Shown here: positions 1-9,954 of the stretch, piece by piece
Layout of the letters: every line of letters starts with the position of its first letter
How positions within the stretch are numbered: position 1 is the stretch's first letter
NCBI GenBank assembly: GCA_965219955.1
Contig: OZ244799.1
Location: forward strand, 3,936,001 to 4,000,000
From: a bacterium
GTDB taxonomy: Bacteria > UBA8248
Length of the DNA: 64,000 nucleotides
Reading direction: 5' to 3'
Program-made: the position numbers and the translations under genes
The notes under the pieces: generated by a model
Seen by the model: only the letters and a program-made list of their open reading frames with translations
What the model was told of the DNA's origin: nothing
Database searches by the model: none

Positions 1-65
1 TGTATGGGGGCATTGCAGTCTCCTTTTCCTTCTCGGGTGTAGACAAAAATGTCTTAAGTGTCAGT

Positions 66-1244
66 TTACCATTCATCCACGCCGGCGGGAGCGAGCAGCG
101 GCGCGGCCTTGAGCTTGACCGCCTCGTTCGTGCCGAAGCCGTGCAGATAGCTCAGCACGTCGCGCCAGCACTTCTCGGGCGTCGGCCTGTCGTCGTGATA
201 TGTTGCGCCCGTCCTCCCCCAGACCTCCATCGCGGTGCGGCAGACCTTGATGCCGGCTTCGGAGGCGAACACCTTGGACATCAGGCGGCGCTTCGAATCG
301 TCCGTCGGTTTTTCCGCATGCCACGCCGCAGAATACAGGTAGGTTCGCGACGCTTCAATCAGCATATACATTTCCGTGAGCGCCATCTGCGCCCACTGCT
401 CGTCCGCCGCACCGCTCTCCTGCGCCGCCGTCCGCGCGAGGTCGTAGGCCAGGCGCGAGGGGCCCATGACCGGAATGAGCGCGCCGCTCACCATGCGTTT
501 CAGGATAGAGAGGCCCCCGTTCCACTCACCGAAGAGATTGTGCGCGGGCACCCGGCAGTTCCTGAGCACGAGTTCGCCGTTTTGGAGGAGCCGCCTGCCG
601 AGTTTCGAGTGCGCCTCACCGATCTCGAAGCCCTCGGTGTCGCGCGGCACGAGGAAGCAGGTGAGTCCCTCGCTCATCTTCTTGTCCGGCGCGGTCCGCG
701 CAAAGATGAAGTAATACTTGGCAAGGCCCCCGTTCGAGATATAGTGCTTCGTTCCGTTCAGGATATAGAAATCACCCTCCCGCTTCGCCGTCATGCGGGG
801 GCCGGCGCCCGGTTCGTCGTGCATCAGGAAGGTGTCGGTCCCGCTCTGGGGCTCCGTGGTGGCGAGGGCGAGTAAGGCTCTCGGGTCGTTCATGAAGTCT
901 TCGAGGTACAAGTCGCGCTGGGTCTGCGTGGTCTCGACTGTGAGCAGTTGGGTGAATTTGTAGGTCTGATCCATCGAGACGGCGACGCCCAGGTCGCCGT
1001 ATGCGATCTCCTCGGCCACCATGGCCTGCACCAGATGGCGCGCGCCGAAGCCGCCGAACTTCCCGGGCACGGTGAGCGTTCTGAGTCCTGCGGCGTCCAG
1101 TTTATCCGCGATGTGCCAGGGGTAGGCCTCGCCGGGCGCGTAGTTCCTGTCCCGCGCCGCGGCGATGGGGAGGATGTCCTCACGCGCAATCGTGCGCGCG
1201 CGGGCCACCATCTCTGATTCTTCGGGGCTTAAGTCCGGCATCAT
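66..1244 (-). CDS. acyl-CoA dehydrogenase family protein
   Basis: ACAD motifs ALATTEPQSGTD, LNGTKHYISNGG, SKLGRR, SKVFASE and C-terminal GTNEAVK. Confidence 0.9.
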   Translation of the reverse strand: MMPDLSPEESEMVARARTIAREDILPIAAARDRNYAPGEAYPWHIADKLDAAGLRTLTVPGKFGGFGARHLVQAMVAEEIAYGDLGVAVSMDQTYKFTQLLTVETTQTQRDLYLEDFMNDPRALLALATTEPQSGTDTFLMHDEPGAGPRMTAKREGDFYILNGTKHYISNGGLAKYYFIFARTAPDKKMSEGLTCFLVPRDTEGFEIGEAHSKLGRRLLQNGELVLRNCRVPAHNLFGEWNGGLSILKRMVSGALIPVMGPSRLAYDLARTAAQESGAADEQWAQMALTEMYMLIEASRTYLYSAAWHAEKPTDDSKRRLMSKVFASEAGIKVCRTAMEVWGRTGATYHDDRPTPEKCWRDVLSYLHGFGTNEAVKLKAAPLLAPAGVDEW

Positions 1245-1408
1245 GGCGGAGAAGGCATCCTTCTGGAAGCGGGAAACGTCGACAGTGATTTGCCCGATCC
1301 CATAGGACTACTTGAGACGATATGTTCTGTCAATCATATTGGGGTATACAAGAGGGGCAAACCCGGATACCACAACGCTTTGCTGACCTGGGCGATTGGA
1401 ACGTGCGC

Positions 1409-2371
1409 ATGAGAATCGTGATACCGGATGACTACGAGGGCAACTTCACGGACTCGGCCCACCTCGCGCGCCTCGAGAAGCTGGGCGATGTGGCCCGTTT
1501 CACCGAGCGGCCAAGGGATGAAGAGGAGATGGCGGAACGCATCCGGGACGCGGACGTTATCCTCACCGTGCGCTACCAGACGGACTTCAAGAACACTACA
1601 TTGCTGAACGTAGCGCGAAACTTGAGTTTTATCTCCATCTGGGGTACTCGCCCCCGGGCGGTGGACATGAAGCGCGCGCGTGGGCGGGGCGTTTCCGTAT
1701 CCGTGACGCCGGGCGCGGGGAGCCCCTCGGTGGCCGAGCACACGATGATGATGGTCCTCGCTCTGGCGAAGCGGCTCCCCTGTCAGGGGCCCGCCATGCG
1801 GACGGGGGCATGGGAGCGCGTCCGGGGCGTGGAGCTTCTCGGCAAGACGCTCTCCGTCATCGGCTTCGGGCACATCGGGAGCAAGGTCGTCCCCATGGCG
1901 CGGGGGTTCGGGATGGAGGTGCTCGCCTGGTCGAAGCACATGACGCCGGAACGCGCAGCCAAAGAAGGAGCGCGCGCGGCATCGCTCGAAGCGTGTATGC
2001 AAGCCGATTTCGTGACGATCCAGCTTCACGTAACGCCGGAGACCAAGGGAATCATCTCGCGTGAGCGAATCGCGGGGATGAAGCCCACGGCGTTCTTGAT
2101 CAACACCTCGCGCGCGGCGCTTGTGGATATGGACGCCCTGCTCGAAGCGCTGCGGGAAAAGAGGATCGCTGGCGCGGGTCTCGACGTGTTCGAGCCCGAA
2201 GAACCCTTGCCGGAGGATTCGCCATTCCGCTTGATCGACAACGTCATCCTCACCCCCCACGTCGCCGCGCATACCGAGGGAGCGGTAGAGCGTGAGGCGC
2301 GCATCGCGGTGGACAACGTGGAGGCCTTTGTCCGGGGGGAACCGCAGAACCTGGTGTTCGAGGACGCTTGA
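1409..2371 (+). CDS. D-isomer-specific 2-hydroxyacid dehydrogenase (SerA/GhrB-like)
   Basis: GFGHIG NAD-binding motif, LINTSRA, AGLDVF..EP and LTPHVA; start placed at ATG 1409 (MRIVIPDDY). Confidence 0.88.
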   Translation: MRIVIPDDYEGNFTDSAHLARLEKLGDVARFTERPRDEEEMAERIRDADVILTVRYQTDFKNTTLLNVARNLSFISIWGTRPRAVDMKRARGRGVSVSVTPGAGSPSVAEHTMMMVLALAKRLPCQGPAMRTGAWERVRGVELLGKTLSVIGFGHIGSKVVPMARGFGMEVLAWSKHMTPERAAKEGARAASLEACMQADFVTIQLHVTPETKGIISRERIAGMKPTAFLINTSRAALVDMDALLEALREKRIAGAGLDVFEPEEPLPEDSPFRLIDNVILTPHVAAHTEGAVEREARIAVDNVEAFVRGEPQNLVFEDA

Positions 2372-2387
2372 GGCGCAGTTTTTCATC

Positions 2388-2476
2388 CGTAGTGGACAAC
2401 CCCTCCTCGGGGTTGTCCTGCCCTCCGTGGTTGTCCTTTTCAGGTGTCGGACAGGCACGGAGGCCTGTCCCTACGG
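2388..2476. repeat. GTAG...CTAC REP-like palindromic element
   Basis: GTAG-hairpin ... GGACAGGCACGGAGGCCTGTCC-CTAC; a close copy lies at 20329-20421. Confidence 0.75.
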
Positions 2477-2495
2477 GCGCATTCCCTCCCTTGTC

Positions 2496-2775
2496 GGGGC
2501 TGTTGAAAAAGCCCGATTAACGAGGATTTGACTCGTCCAATGAAAGAGCAAGATTCACTCCCCCCTTGAGGGTCTGGCTTCCCGAGGGGAAAGCCAGACG
2601 ATGAAGCCGAGCGTTTTGTGCGAAGGCTGAATCGGTGGGGGGTGAATCGCGTTTATTGCCATTCCGAATTATACCCCCCACCGAATCGCTTGCGGGCTTA
2701 CGCCCTTAGCTCTTCGACTCCCCCTCAAGGGGGGAGTGATTTGGCCCGACCCGCAAGGATTTTTTCAACAACCCC
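2496..2775. mobile_element. MITE-like composite: GGGG(C/T)TGTTGAAAAA...TTTTTCAACAACCCC inverted ends around a ~185-bp palindromic element (2555-2739)
   Basis: 15-bp terminal inverted repeats with CTTGTC directly repeated on both flanks; the inner element recurs at 16757-16935 and 22519-22703. Confidence 0.7.
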
Positions 2776-2927
2776 CTTGTCGGTCGGAAAGGACAATCAG
2801 GGGAGGCGTGAGAAAAACCCGGGCAGGGAAAGGAAGTTGCCAACTAAAGTATATAATTCCCATAATTCATCGTATTTCATGAGGGGGCCACGTGGCTTCA
2901 CTCCTTTATCCAAAAAGAGGAAAACAA

Positions 2928-3647
2928 ATGACGTATCGAATCGAGAAGGCGCAGGTCCAGGGAAGCGAGATGGAGATTTTCCTGTATGAGCCCGAGGGCG
3001 CAGGGCCGCATCCGGGCCTCGTGCTCTGCCAGCACATACCGGGCCACGGGGGGATCGAGGGCGACCCCTTCACGCTTAAAGCAGCGGAGCGCTACCGGGA
3101 GAACGGCTACGCGGTGTCGGTTCCGTTTCTCTACCACTGGTGGTCGAAGAGTGACGATATGCAGATAAAGCGCGATGAGTTCAACGACGCGCAGACGGCG
3201 CTCGATCTCAAAGCCGGCTTCGACGCCCTCGCGGCGCTTGCGAGCGTGGACGCGGGCCGGATCGGCATCGTCGGCCACTGCTGGGGCGGGCGCGTGAGCT
3301 GGCTGGGCGCGTGCACGGATTCGCGCTACGCCGCGTGCGCGGTCTTCTACGGCGGCGGCGTGAAGGAGGTGCGTGGCGCGGGAAACCCACCCGCCATCGA
3401 GTTGACCGGCGACATCGCGTGCCCGGTCATCGGCATCTTCGGCAACGAGGATCAGAACCCCTCGCCCGAAGACGTGGACGACTACGAGGCGGCGCTCAAG
3501 GACGCGGGCGCCGAATACGTCTTCCACCGCTACGACGGCGCGGGCCACGCCTTTCAGTGGGAGGACAACCCCGAGCGCTTCCGCGCCGAGCAGAGCGAGG
3601 ATTCATGGGAGAAGACGCTCGCCTTTTTCGGCGAGAAGCTGGGGTAG
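2928..3647 (+). CDS. dienelactone hydrolase family protein
   Basis: GHCWGG nucleophile elbow, GNEDQNP and YDGAGHAF; RBS GAGG before ATG 2928. Confidence 0.9.
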   Translation: MTYRIEKAQVQGSEMEIFLYEPEGAGPHPGLVLCQHIPGHGGIEGDPFTLKAAERYRENGYAVSVPFLYHWWSKSDDMQIKRDEFNDAQTALDLKAGFDALAALASVDAGRIGIVGHCWGGRVSWLGACTDSRYAACAVFYGGGVKEVRGAGNPPAIELTGDIACPVIGIFGNEDQNPSPEDVDDYEAALKDAGAEYVFHRYDGAGHAFQWEDNPERFRAEQSEDSWEKTLAFFGEKLG

Positions 3648-3682
3648 GGGGGATCTCTAAGGTGGTTACGCCGCAACGATTC

Positions 3683-4414
3683 TCAAGCCGCATGAACCTT
3701 TTGCAGGACCGGCTCGATATCGGCCATGACGAATAGCCGTGGATAGACCGAACGACCGCCCAGCCTGAACACGCGTGCGTCTATGTTCCCGTGCTCAATC
3801 CACCCTCGCACCGTTTGGGCTTGCAATCGGTTGACATAGCCGAGTCGGGCGTCATTTTCTCGGGCTATTTCTATTGCATCAGAATCATGCTCGTTTGTCG
3901 GATCGCGCCGGAAGATTACCGGCTCATCTACAGCGAGATCTGGTGCACCATTTCGGTAATGCCGGTAACCCGAGACGTCGAAGACGTAGCGGAATGGCCG
4001 GTCGAATCCCTCGAAAGTCTCGGTGACGCCGAAACTGTCACCGGTCAAGCGCGCGCCCGTATAGGCCAGCAGGCTGAGGTCGGAGAAATCGGCTTGTGGC
4101 GAGAGGCCGAATGTCTCGATGAAATCGTCGAAATCGGGCCGACCCCGGGGCGGCAGTCGTCGGGCCAGCACGTCGATCGCGGTATCCGCCCCGTGCGCCT
4201 CGCCCAGCGCCAGGCCGGGATAGCCGCTGAATCCGGTTTCAAGAGCCGGTGAGAGGCTTTCCTCACCCAGATACGAGAACGCCACGCCTCCCTCGCATTG
4301 CAACAACCCGGCGACGGCGAACCTGTCGCGGGAACCAGGCTGTTCCAGGGGACGCTGCCACGTCAGCAACGCCCGGCGCGTCTGTATGGGGTCGGTGATC
4401 ATGTCCGTCATCAT
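3683..4414 (-). CDS. HIRAN-domain protein with HipA-N/HipS-like N-terminal region
   Basis: C-terminal DVSGYRHY...RDPTNEHDSDAIEI...LGYV (HIRAN pattern); N-terminal FSY...RRLPPRGRPDF...LLAYTGARL; overlaps the kinase stop. Confidence 0.75.
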   Translation of the reverse strand: MMTDMITDPIQTRRALLTWQRPLEQPGSRDRFAVAGLLQCEGGVAFSYLGEESLSPALETGFSGYPGLALGEAHGADTAIDVLARRLPPRGRPDFDDFIETFGLSPQADFSDLSLLAYTGARLTGDSFGVTETFEGFDRPFRYVFDVSGYRHYRNGAPDLAVDEPVIFRRDPTNEHDSDAIEIARENDARLGYVNRLQAQTVRGWIEHGNIDARVFRLGGRSVYPRLFVMADIEPVLQKVHAA

Positions 4415-5358
4415 TTCGTCTCGCGGAGGATGTTCTTGATGCGTTGCATACCAATTTCCAGAATAGCATAAATGTGCTCCGCCCTTCTATCCGTTAGCGC
4501 ATAGGGTTTCCGCAATTCGACGCGTGCGACGATCTCGTGAGCCAGTTTCTTCACGGCCTCCAGGTCGATACTCGCTACCTGTTCAAAGACAGCGCGGCCC
4601 TCAGGGTAGTTTTCCAGCAGTTTTCGGCACAGAGGCTCGAAGTGGGCTCCATGCCTCATTGGCTCTTCGAGTCGAACGTGATGCCTTCCTGATTTCCTGA
4701 ACCGGTTCATCCGGTCTGGTTTAAGGCGTCCGTCTTCCCCGAAGTATCGATCAAGACCTACGGGGTCCAATCCGCATCCCATGCTCGACCCGTGGTCATA
4801 GAGCGCCGCCATTCTGGCCCCATACGGAGATTTAATGATGGCCCAATTCTCGGCATGGCGGTCCGTGTTGGATATCAGCGTATCCAGTGCAAGCGCCCGT
4901 GACCAGAACTCCATGAAATCGGTCCGTTCGATTCCGTAGCGCGGGGCGATCAAGTCGGCGTGGGTCTGGAGGATCAGTGGGAAGGTGTGGTGCTGTCCCT
5001 TGTCCACGTCGAATTCAGGGTCAACCTCTTTACATAGTTGCCAACCTTCGATGAAGTCTTCTGGAACGTCGGGTTGGTAGATGTAGCGGAGCAGATTTCC
5101 CGGTTGGCCGTTTCGGACGCCCAAGGCAACATGCTGGACGTCCCAACCCAAAAGGTCTCCTGCGATGAACGACGCGAAAAGCTCCGACCATATTTGATGC
5201 TCGCGCTGAATTTTGGGCCATTTGAAGATAAAGTATTGGTTATCGCTTTTACGGTTCAGGGTCAGCTTGGCTCGTGAACCGGTCGGACGTTCCTCAGCAA
5301 CACTCCAGTCGTCCAACTCATATTCGACATCCAGGGAAATGTGCGTGAAGTCGCTCAC
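4411..5358 (-). CDS. HipA-like Ser/Thr kinase (HipA C-terminal/CtkA-type)
   Basis: GSRAK loop, IFKWPK, WSELFAS, LISNTDRHAENW catalytic loop and LYDHGSS. Confidence 0.85.
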   Translation of the reverse strand: MSDFTHISLDVEYELDDWSVAEERPTGSRAKLTLNRKSDNQYFIFKWPKIQREHQIWSELFASFIAGDLLGWDVQHVALGVRNGQPGNLLRYIYQPDVPEDFIEGWQLCKEVDPEFDVDKGQHHTFPLILQTHADLIAPRYGIERTDFMEFWSRALALDTLISNTDRHAENWAIIKSPYGARMAALYDHGSSMGCGLDPVGLDRYFGEDGRLKPDRMNRFRKSGRHHVRLEEPMRHGAHFEPLCRKLLENYPEGRAVFEQVASIDLEAVKKLAHEIVARVELRKPYALTDRRAEHIYAILEIGMQRIKNILRETK

Positions 5359-5411
5359 TCAATTATCTCACTCATTATTGCTGCGTACGAATGGTACTTG
5401 AAAGCTCCCCC

Positions 5412-6734
5412 CTAAAAATCGGACTCCAGTATCCACACACCCGCACCCAGGCGTTCGCTGATGTAGGCCCTGCCGTCCGCGGCCATGTAGACGTCGTCCA
5501 CCTGGACCTGCAGGAGTTCGTAGTCTTTCCCCCACAGGGGGCGGATGGGGTCGCGTTTGGGCGTTTCGGGCACGTAGTGGGCGACTTCTCTGGGATTCAG
5601 CGGGTCTTCGATGTCGAAGACGCGAAGCCCACCGTTGAACCACGTCATGTAGACTCGGGTTTTATCGATGAGCGAATCCGGGCGGTTCTCGTGCAGGTTA
5701 TGCGGGCCGGATCGTCCGCCGCGCTCGGCGTAATCGCCCTCGGGGTGCGGGAAGGTGGAGAGCACTTTCGGGTTTTTCTCATCGGATATGTCCATCACGC
5801 GGATTTGTTTTTCGATGTCTTCCATGTCCTCCGCCGTGCATTCATCCGAAACGATGCAGATGTTTCTGTCCAAAAGGGGCAGCACGGAGTGCGTGGCCGA
5901 ACTCTCCTCGGGCGGCCACTGGGTGTGGCTGATGAGGGCGGGGTTCGTGATGTCGGTGATGTCGAGGATGATGAAGCCAGAATCCCACCACGCGCCGTAG
6001 CACCTGTCGCCCACGTTCATGGACATGTGCACGCAGGCGCGTTTTTTCTTCATCCCCTCGGGCACTTCGCCGCCCAGGAGGATGTATTCGCCCTTGCGGT
6101 TTTTCTTGAAGCGGAACTGGCCCATCTGGTACCAGTCGCGCTCCTCGTCGTTCCGCATGCCCGGCATCGCCCAGCGGCCGACCTCTTTGGGGCGGGTGGG
6201 GTCTTTCAGGTCGATGATCTTCAGGAACTGATCGATGTATTCGTCGTCCCCGGCCGTCAGGAAGGCGTAGCGGCCGTCGCCGAACCAGAACCGGTGCACC
6301 CCGCGCCCGCCCGTGTGGAAATACCCCAGCGGGCGGAGTTCGGGCAGGTTCGAGACGTCGTAGATGTCGATGCCCGCCTTGAAGGGCTCGAAATCGGGGC
6401 CGCGTCCGCCGAACTGCTCGTTGTTGACGACCATGATGTCGCCCACGATCTGGAGCTTGTTGTTGTGCGTGTTGCGCGGGGCGGGAATCTGGTTCACGAG
6501 CCTGGGCTTCCGGGGGTTCGAGGCGTCGATGACGCTCGTGCCCACGCCCGACATGCCCACGTGGCCGCAGAGCACGAAGTCGTCCTTCACGAGAAGCTGC
6601 ATGACGTCGCCCTTGTTGCGGCCGCCGAAATCGCAGTGGCCTAATAGTTTGAAGCCGTTCGCTTCCTCGGGGGTGATCTCCTTGCCCGGTTTTCCGCGTC
6701 CCGGCGGAAGGGCCGGGTCCGGCGTGCATTCCAT
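5412..6734 (-). CDS. LVIVD-repeat beta-propeller protein
   Basis: Repeated (I/V)(I/Y)D(V/I)S(N/D)PxxP units; GPHNLHE and WFNGGLRVFDI. Confidence 0.85.
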   Translation of the reverse strand: MECTPDPALPPGRGKPGKEITPEEANGFKLLGHCDFGGRNKGDVMQLLVKDDFVLCGHVGMSGVGTSVIDASNPRKPRLVNQIPAPRNTHNNKLQIVGDIMVVNNEQFGGRGPDFEPFKAGIDIYDVSNLPELRPLGYFHTGGRGVHRFWFGDGRYAFLTAGDDEYIDQFLKIIDLKDPTRPKEVGRWAMPGMRNDEERDWYQMGQFRFKKNRKGEYILLGGEVPEGMKKKRACVHMSMNVGDRCYGAWWDSGFIILDITDITNPALISHTQWPPEESSATHSVLPLLDRNICIVSDECTAEDMEDIEKQIRVMDISDEKNPKVLSTFPHPEGDYAERGGRSGPHNLHENRPDSLIDKTRVYMTWFNGGLRVFDIEDPLNPREVAHYVPETPKRDPIRPLWGKDYELLQVQVDDVYMAADGRAYISERLGAGVWILESDF

Positions 6735-7546
6735 ATCGGACTCCTTGCTTGATGAGATGCCGGATTATAGTCGCACAGGGGGTGAATCGAACAGCGGCGG
6801 ACGATTTCTTTTCACAGGCTCTTCCTGCAGGACGGGTTGAAAAAGCACCGATCAGGGGAGGTTTTGGCCCCGTATTTCCCCGCATTTGCGGTTATCGCCC
6901 CGCATCGGAATGCGGCAGAATCTCCCGCGAGTAGCGCAGAGGAGACGTTCTCATGGACGCGAGGAATGCGAAAAAGGGAAAGCAGCGGCCGGCCCCTCAT
7001 CAGGGAAGACCGGCCGGCTCCGTTCGGCCGATCATCCTTCTCCCGGCGATCGGGACTGCTCTTTCGCGATCGGGGACCAGCCGCGAAGAACGCGCGGCGA
7101 ATTTCGATAAAATACCGGAAAATAAGATAAATATAGATAAATTCACGGGGTTTTTCGATAAAAAACGAAAGCGGGAAAGCATTGCAAATAGTTGTAATAA
7201 AATGACTTATTTTACATATCTGAGCACAGGCGACTCAAATATGAGCACAAATTTTTTTCGCGCCCCGCATTTGCGATGAATTGCGCGGCTCTCCCCGCAT
7301 TTACCCGCAACTGCCCGCAGGAAGGCTCGGTGGGCCGCCGCGGCGAGGCGAAGACCCGGCGCGGGCTTCCTCTCCGCCGTCGCGTGAGTCTCCATGCCGC
7401 CCGCCGCCGAAGCCGGGTTATTCAAAAGCCCCCCAAGGGGAAATGGTTACATCATTCCCTGTCACATCTAGGCCCTTGTTCCCCACGATCGGGACATGTA
7501 TGTAGTTCCCGTTTATTTTCCCTGGTTTCTCTTGTAGGCTTCAGCC

Positions 7547-7825
7547 ATGCCGAAATTATCCCTTAACCGCTTGATCCACGACATTCAGCCCCTCGAGAAG
7601 CGCGAGGCGTTCCTGCGCGACCCGCTCGAATTCGCGCGCGGCTATGACGTCACCGACGCGGAGCTTGCGGCGGTTCGCGATTCCGACGTGCGCGCCCTGT
7701 GGAGCTTCGGCGCGAACCCCTACCTGCTGCGGGTGCTGCAGTTTCGCGCAGGGATATCGGATGAAGATTTCCGGGCGGCGCTTGCAGGCCTCTCCTATCC
7801 GCGTCCCGACGAGGGGGAGATATAG
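7547..7825 (+). CDS. LigA-like small subunit of an extradiol ring-cleavage dioxygenase
   Basis: 92 aa helical pattern (LNRLI...FLRDP...LWSFGANPYLL), 1 nt upstream of a LigB-like gene. Confidence 0.7.
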   Translation: MPKLSLNRLIHDIQPLEKREAFLRDPLEFARGYDVTDAELAAVRDSDVRALWSFGANPYLLRVLQFRAGISDEDFRAALAGLSYPRPDEGEI

Positions 7826-7826
7826 G

Positions 7827-8654
7827 ATGGCTGAGATCGTCGGCGCCTTCGCGGCCAGCCATACGCCTCTTTTTTTGCTGAGGCACGATGCGCCCGCGGA
7901 AGACGTGAGGGAAGAGGTCTTCTCCTCTTACCGCAGGATGGCCCGCGAGGTTGTCGAAAGGGGCGCCGAGGTGATGGTCCTGCTGGGGAACGATCACTTG
8001 CACGCCTTCTCCATGGACAGATACCCCGCCCTGGCCATCGGCGCAGGTCCCCGCTTCGGCCCGGTGGAGACCGAGCCTTTCCTCCCGCCTGACATATACG
8101 AAGGCGCCGAGGGGCTGGCATCCCACCTTACGCGGGGGCTGCTGGCGAGCGGCTTCGACCCCCTGTTGTGCCGGGAACTGGCGCTCGATCATTCCTTCGT
8201 CTCGCCCCTGGCGCTCATGGGCGATACGGGGCTGCCTATCGTGCCGATCCTCCAGAATACAGTGGCGCCGCCCCTGCCGCCCGCCGCGCGCTCATACGAA
8301 CTCGGCGTCTCGCTGAGAAGATTGATTGAGAGCTATGCGGGACACGAGCGCGTGGCCGTGGTGGCGACGGGCGCGCCCTCGCACTGGATCGGAACCCCCG
8401 AGCAGGGCGACATCGACGAGGCGTGGGACCGCGAGGTGATCGACTTGCTTTGCCGCGCCGACGCGAAGGGTCTCTCCGCGTGGCCCCAGGCCAAGATCGA
8501 TGAGGGCGGAAACGGGGGCAACGAGATCAGGACATGGATATCCGCCGCCGCTCTGAGCGGAGACACCGAAGCGAATCTTTGGATCTACCGGATAGAGCCC
8601 CTGTGGTTTCTGGGGGTGACGGTTATCGAGTGGCCCATCGGGCCTGCTCTTTGA
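7827..8654 (+). CDS. LigB-family (class III) extradiol dioxygenase catalytic subunit
   Basis: ASHTP, GNDH, LDHSF, TGAPSHW and NEIRTW motifs. Confidence 0.88.
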   Translation: MAEIVGAFAASHTPLFLLRHDAPAEDVREEVFSSYRRMAREVVERGAEVMVLLGNDHLHAFSMDRYPALAIGAGPRFGPVETEPFLPPDIYEGAEGLASHLTRGLLASGFDPLLCRELALDHSFVSPLALMGDTGLPIVPILQNTVAPPLPPAARSYELGVSLRRLIESYAGHERVAVVATGAPSHWIGTPEQGDIDEAWDREVIDLLCRADAKGLSAWPQAKIDEGGNGGNEIRTWISAAALSGDTEANLWIYRIEPLWFLGVTVIEWPIGPAL

Positions 8655-8678
8655 GCGATTACGAAGGAGGATGAAGGA

Positions 8679-9668
8679 ATGCCGAAAGCGGTTCTTTTTG
8701 ACGAGTTGGGCGGCGCGGACGTGCTCCGCGTGGCGGAAGTTCCTGATCTGGAGCCGGGGGAGGGCGAGGTGCGGGTCGCCGTGGAGACGATGGGGCTCAA
8801 CCGGGCGGAAGTTCTCTTCCGGGAGGGCCGCTACCACGACAAGCCGGTGTTCCCCTCCCGCATCGGCTACGAGGCCTGCGGGGCGATAGACGCTGTGGGT
8901 CCGGGCGTGGAAGGTCTGGCGGTGGGCGACCGAGTGAGTACGATTCCCTGTTTCTCGATGGTGGAGCACGGGGTGTGCGGCGAGCAGGCGGTCGTTCCGG
9001 CGTTCGCCGCCGCCCGCTATCCCGATAACCTCTCGCCCGCCGAGGCCGCGTCCATCTGGATGCCGTATTTCACCGCATACGGCGCGCTCATCGAATTCGG
9101 AGGATTGAAGGAGGGTGACACCGCCCTGCTCACGGCGGCGAGCAGCAGCGTGGGCGTCGCGGCTGTTCAGATAGCGAAATCAGTGGGCGCGCGTGTCATC
9201 GCCACGACGCGCGGCGCGGGAAAGAAGGATTTCATCCTGGGTGTGGGAGCCGATCACGTAGTCGTGACGGATGAGGAGGATTTGGCCGAGCGGGTGATGG
9301 ATATTACGGGAGGCACGGGCGCCGACGTCGTCTTCGACCCCGTCGTCGGGTCCACGCTGCCGAAAGTTGCCGATGCGACCGCGTACCAGGGCTCGATTTT
9401 CCTCTACGGCCGCCTCTCGCCCGAGGATGCGGTGATACCCCTGTTCCCGGCTCTCCGGAAAGGGCTGACCTTCAGGTGCTACACGATCATGGAGATCACG
9501 AAGTTCCCGGAAAAAAGGGAAAAGGGGAAGAAGTTCATCTACGAGGGCCTGGAATCAGGCGCGCTCAGGCCCATCGTCGCGAAGACGTTCCCGCTCGATG
9601 AAGCGGTGGGGGCGTACAAGTACATGGAATCGAACCAGCAGATGGGCAAAATCGTCGTCGAGGCGTAA
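8679..9668 (+). CDS. MDR-family NADPH:quinone oxidoreductase-like protein
   Basis: GLNRAE, IGYEACG, TAASSSVG and terminal QMGKIVV. Confidence 0.9.
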   Translation: MPKAVLFDELGGADVLRVAEVPDLEPGEGEVRVAVETMGLNRAEVLFREGRYHDKPVFPSRIGYEACGAIDAVGPGVEGLAVGDRVSTIPCFSMVEHGVCGEQAVVPAFAAARYPDNLSPAEAASIWMPYFTAYGALIEFGGLKEGDTALLTAASSSVGVAAVQIAKSVGARVIATTRGAGKKDFILGVGADHVVVTDEEDLAERVMDITGGTGADVVFDPVVGSTLPKVADATAYQGSIFLYGRLSPEDAVIPLFPALRKGLTFRCYTIMEITKFPEKREKGKKFIYEGLESGALRPIVAKTFPLDEAVGAYKYMESNQQMGKIVVEA

Positions 9669-9793
9669 GCCGCGGGTCTTTGAAATCCCAAGCCGGGGGC
9701 ATCGTTTTACCCCCTTGTCAGGAGGGCTTTCTTTTGTCTCTCTCGTCGGGGAGGTTTTCCGCGAAGGCGGAACCTGCGTGCAAGCACCCAACC

Positions 9794-9908
9794 CCTCATC
9801 CTGAGTAGGCGTGTCAGCGCCGTATCGAAGGAGGGGGGAACGAACATCTCCCGACCGGTGCGGGGCCTCGCCCTTCGATACGCGGCTTCGCCGCTACTCA
9901 GGGTGAGG
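9794..9908. repeat. palindromic repeat CCTCA(T/C)CCTGAGTAG...TATCGAAGG / CCTTCGATA...CTACTCAGG(G/A)TGAGG
   Basis: Inverted arms; a second copy lies at 16649-16736. Confidence 0.75.
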
Positions 9909-9954
9909 TCAATATGGCAGCTGCGGGTTTCGTCCTTGCCTCGCCGCACCGGAG

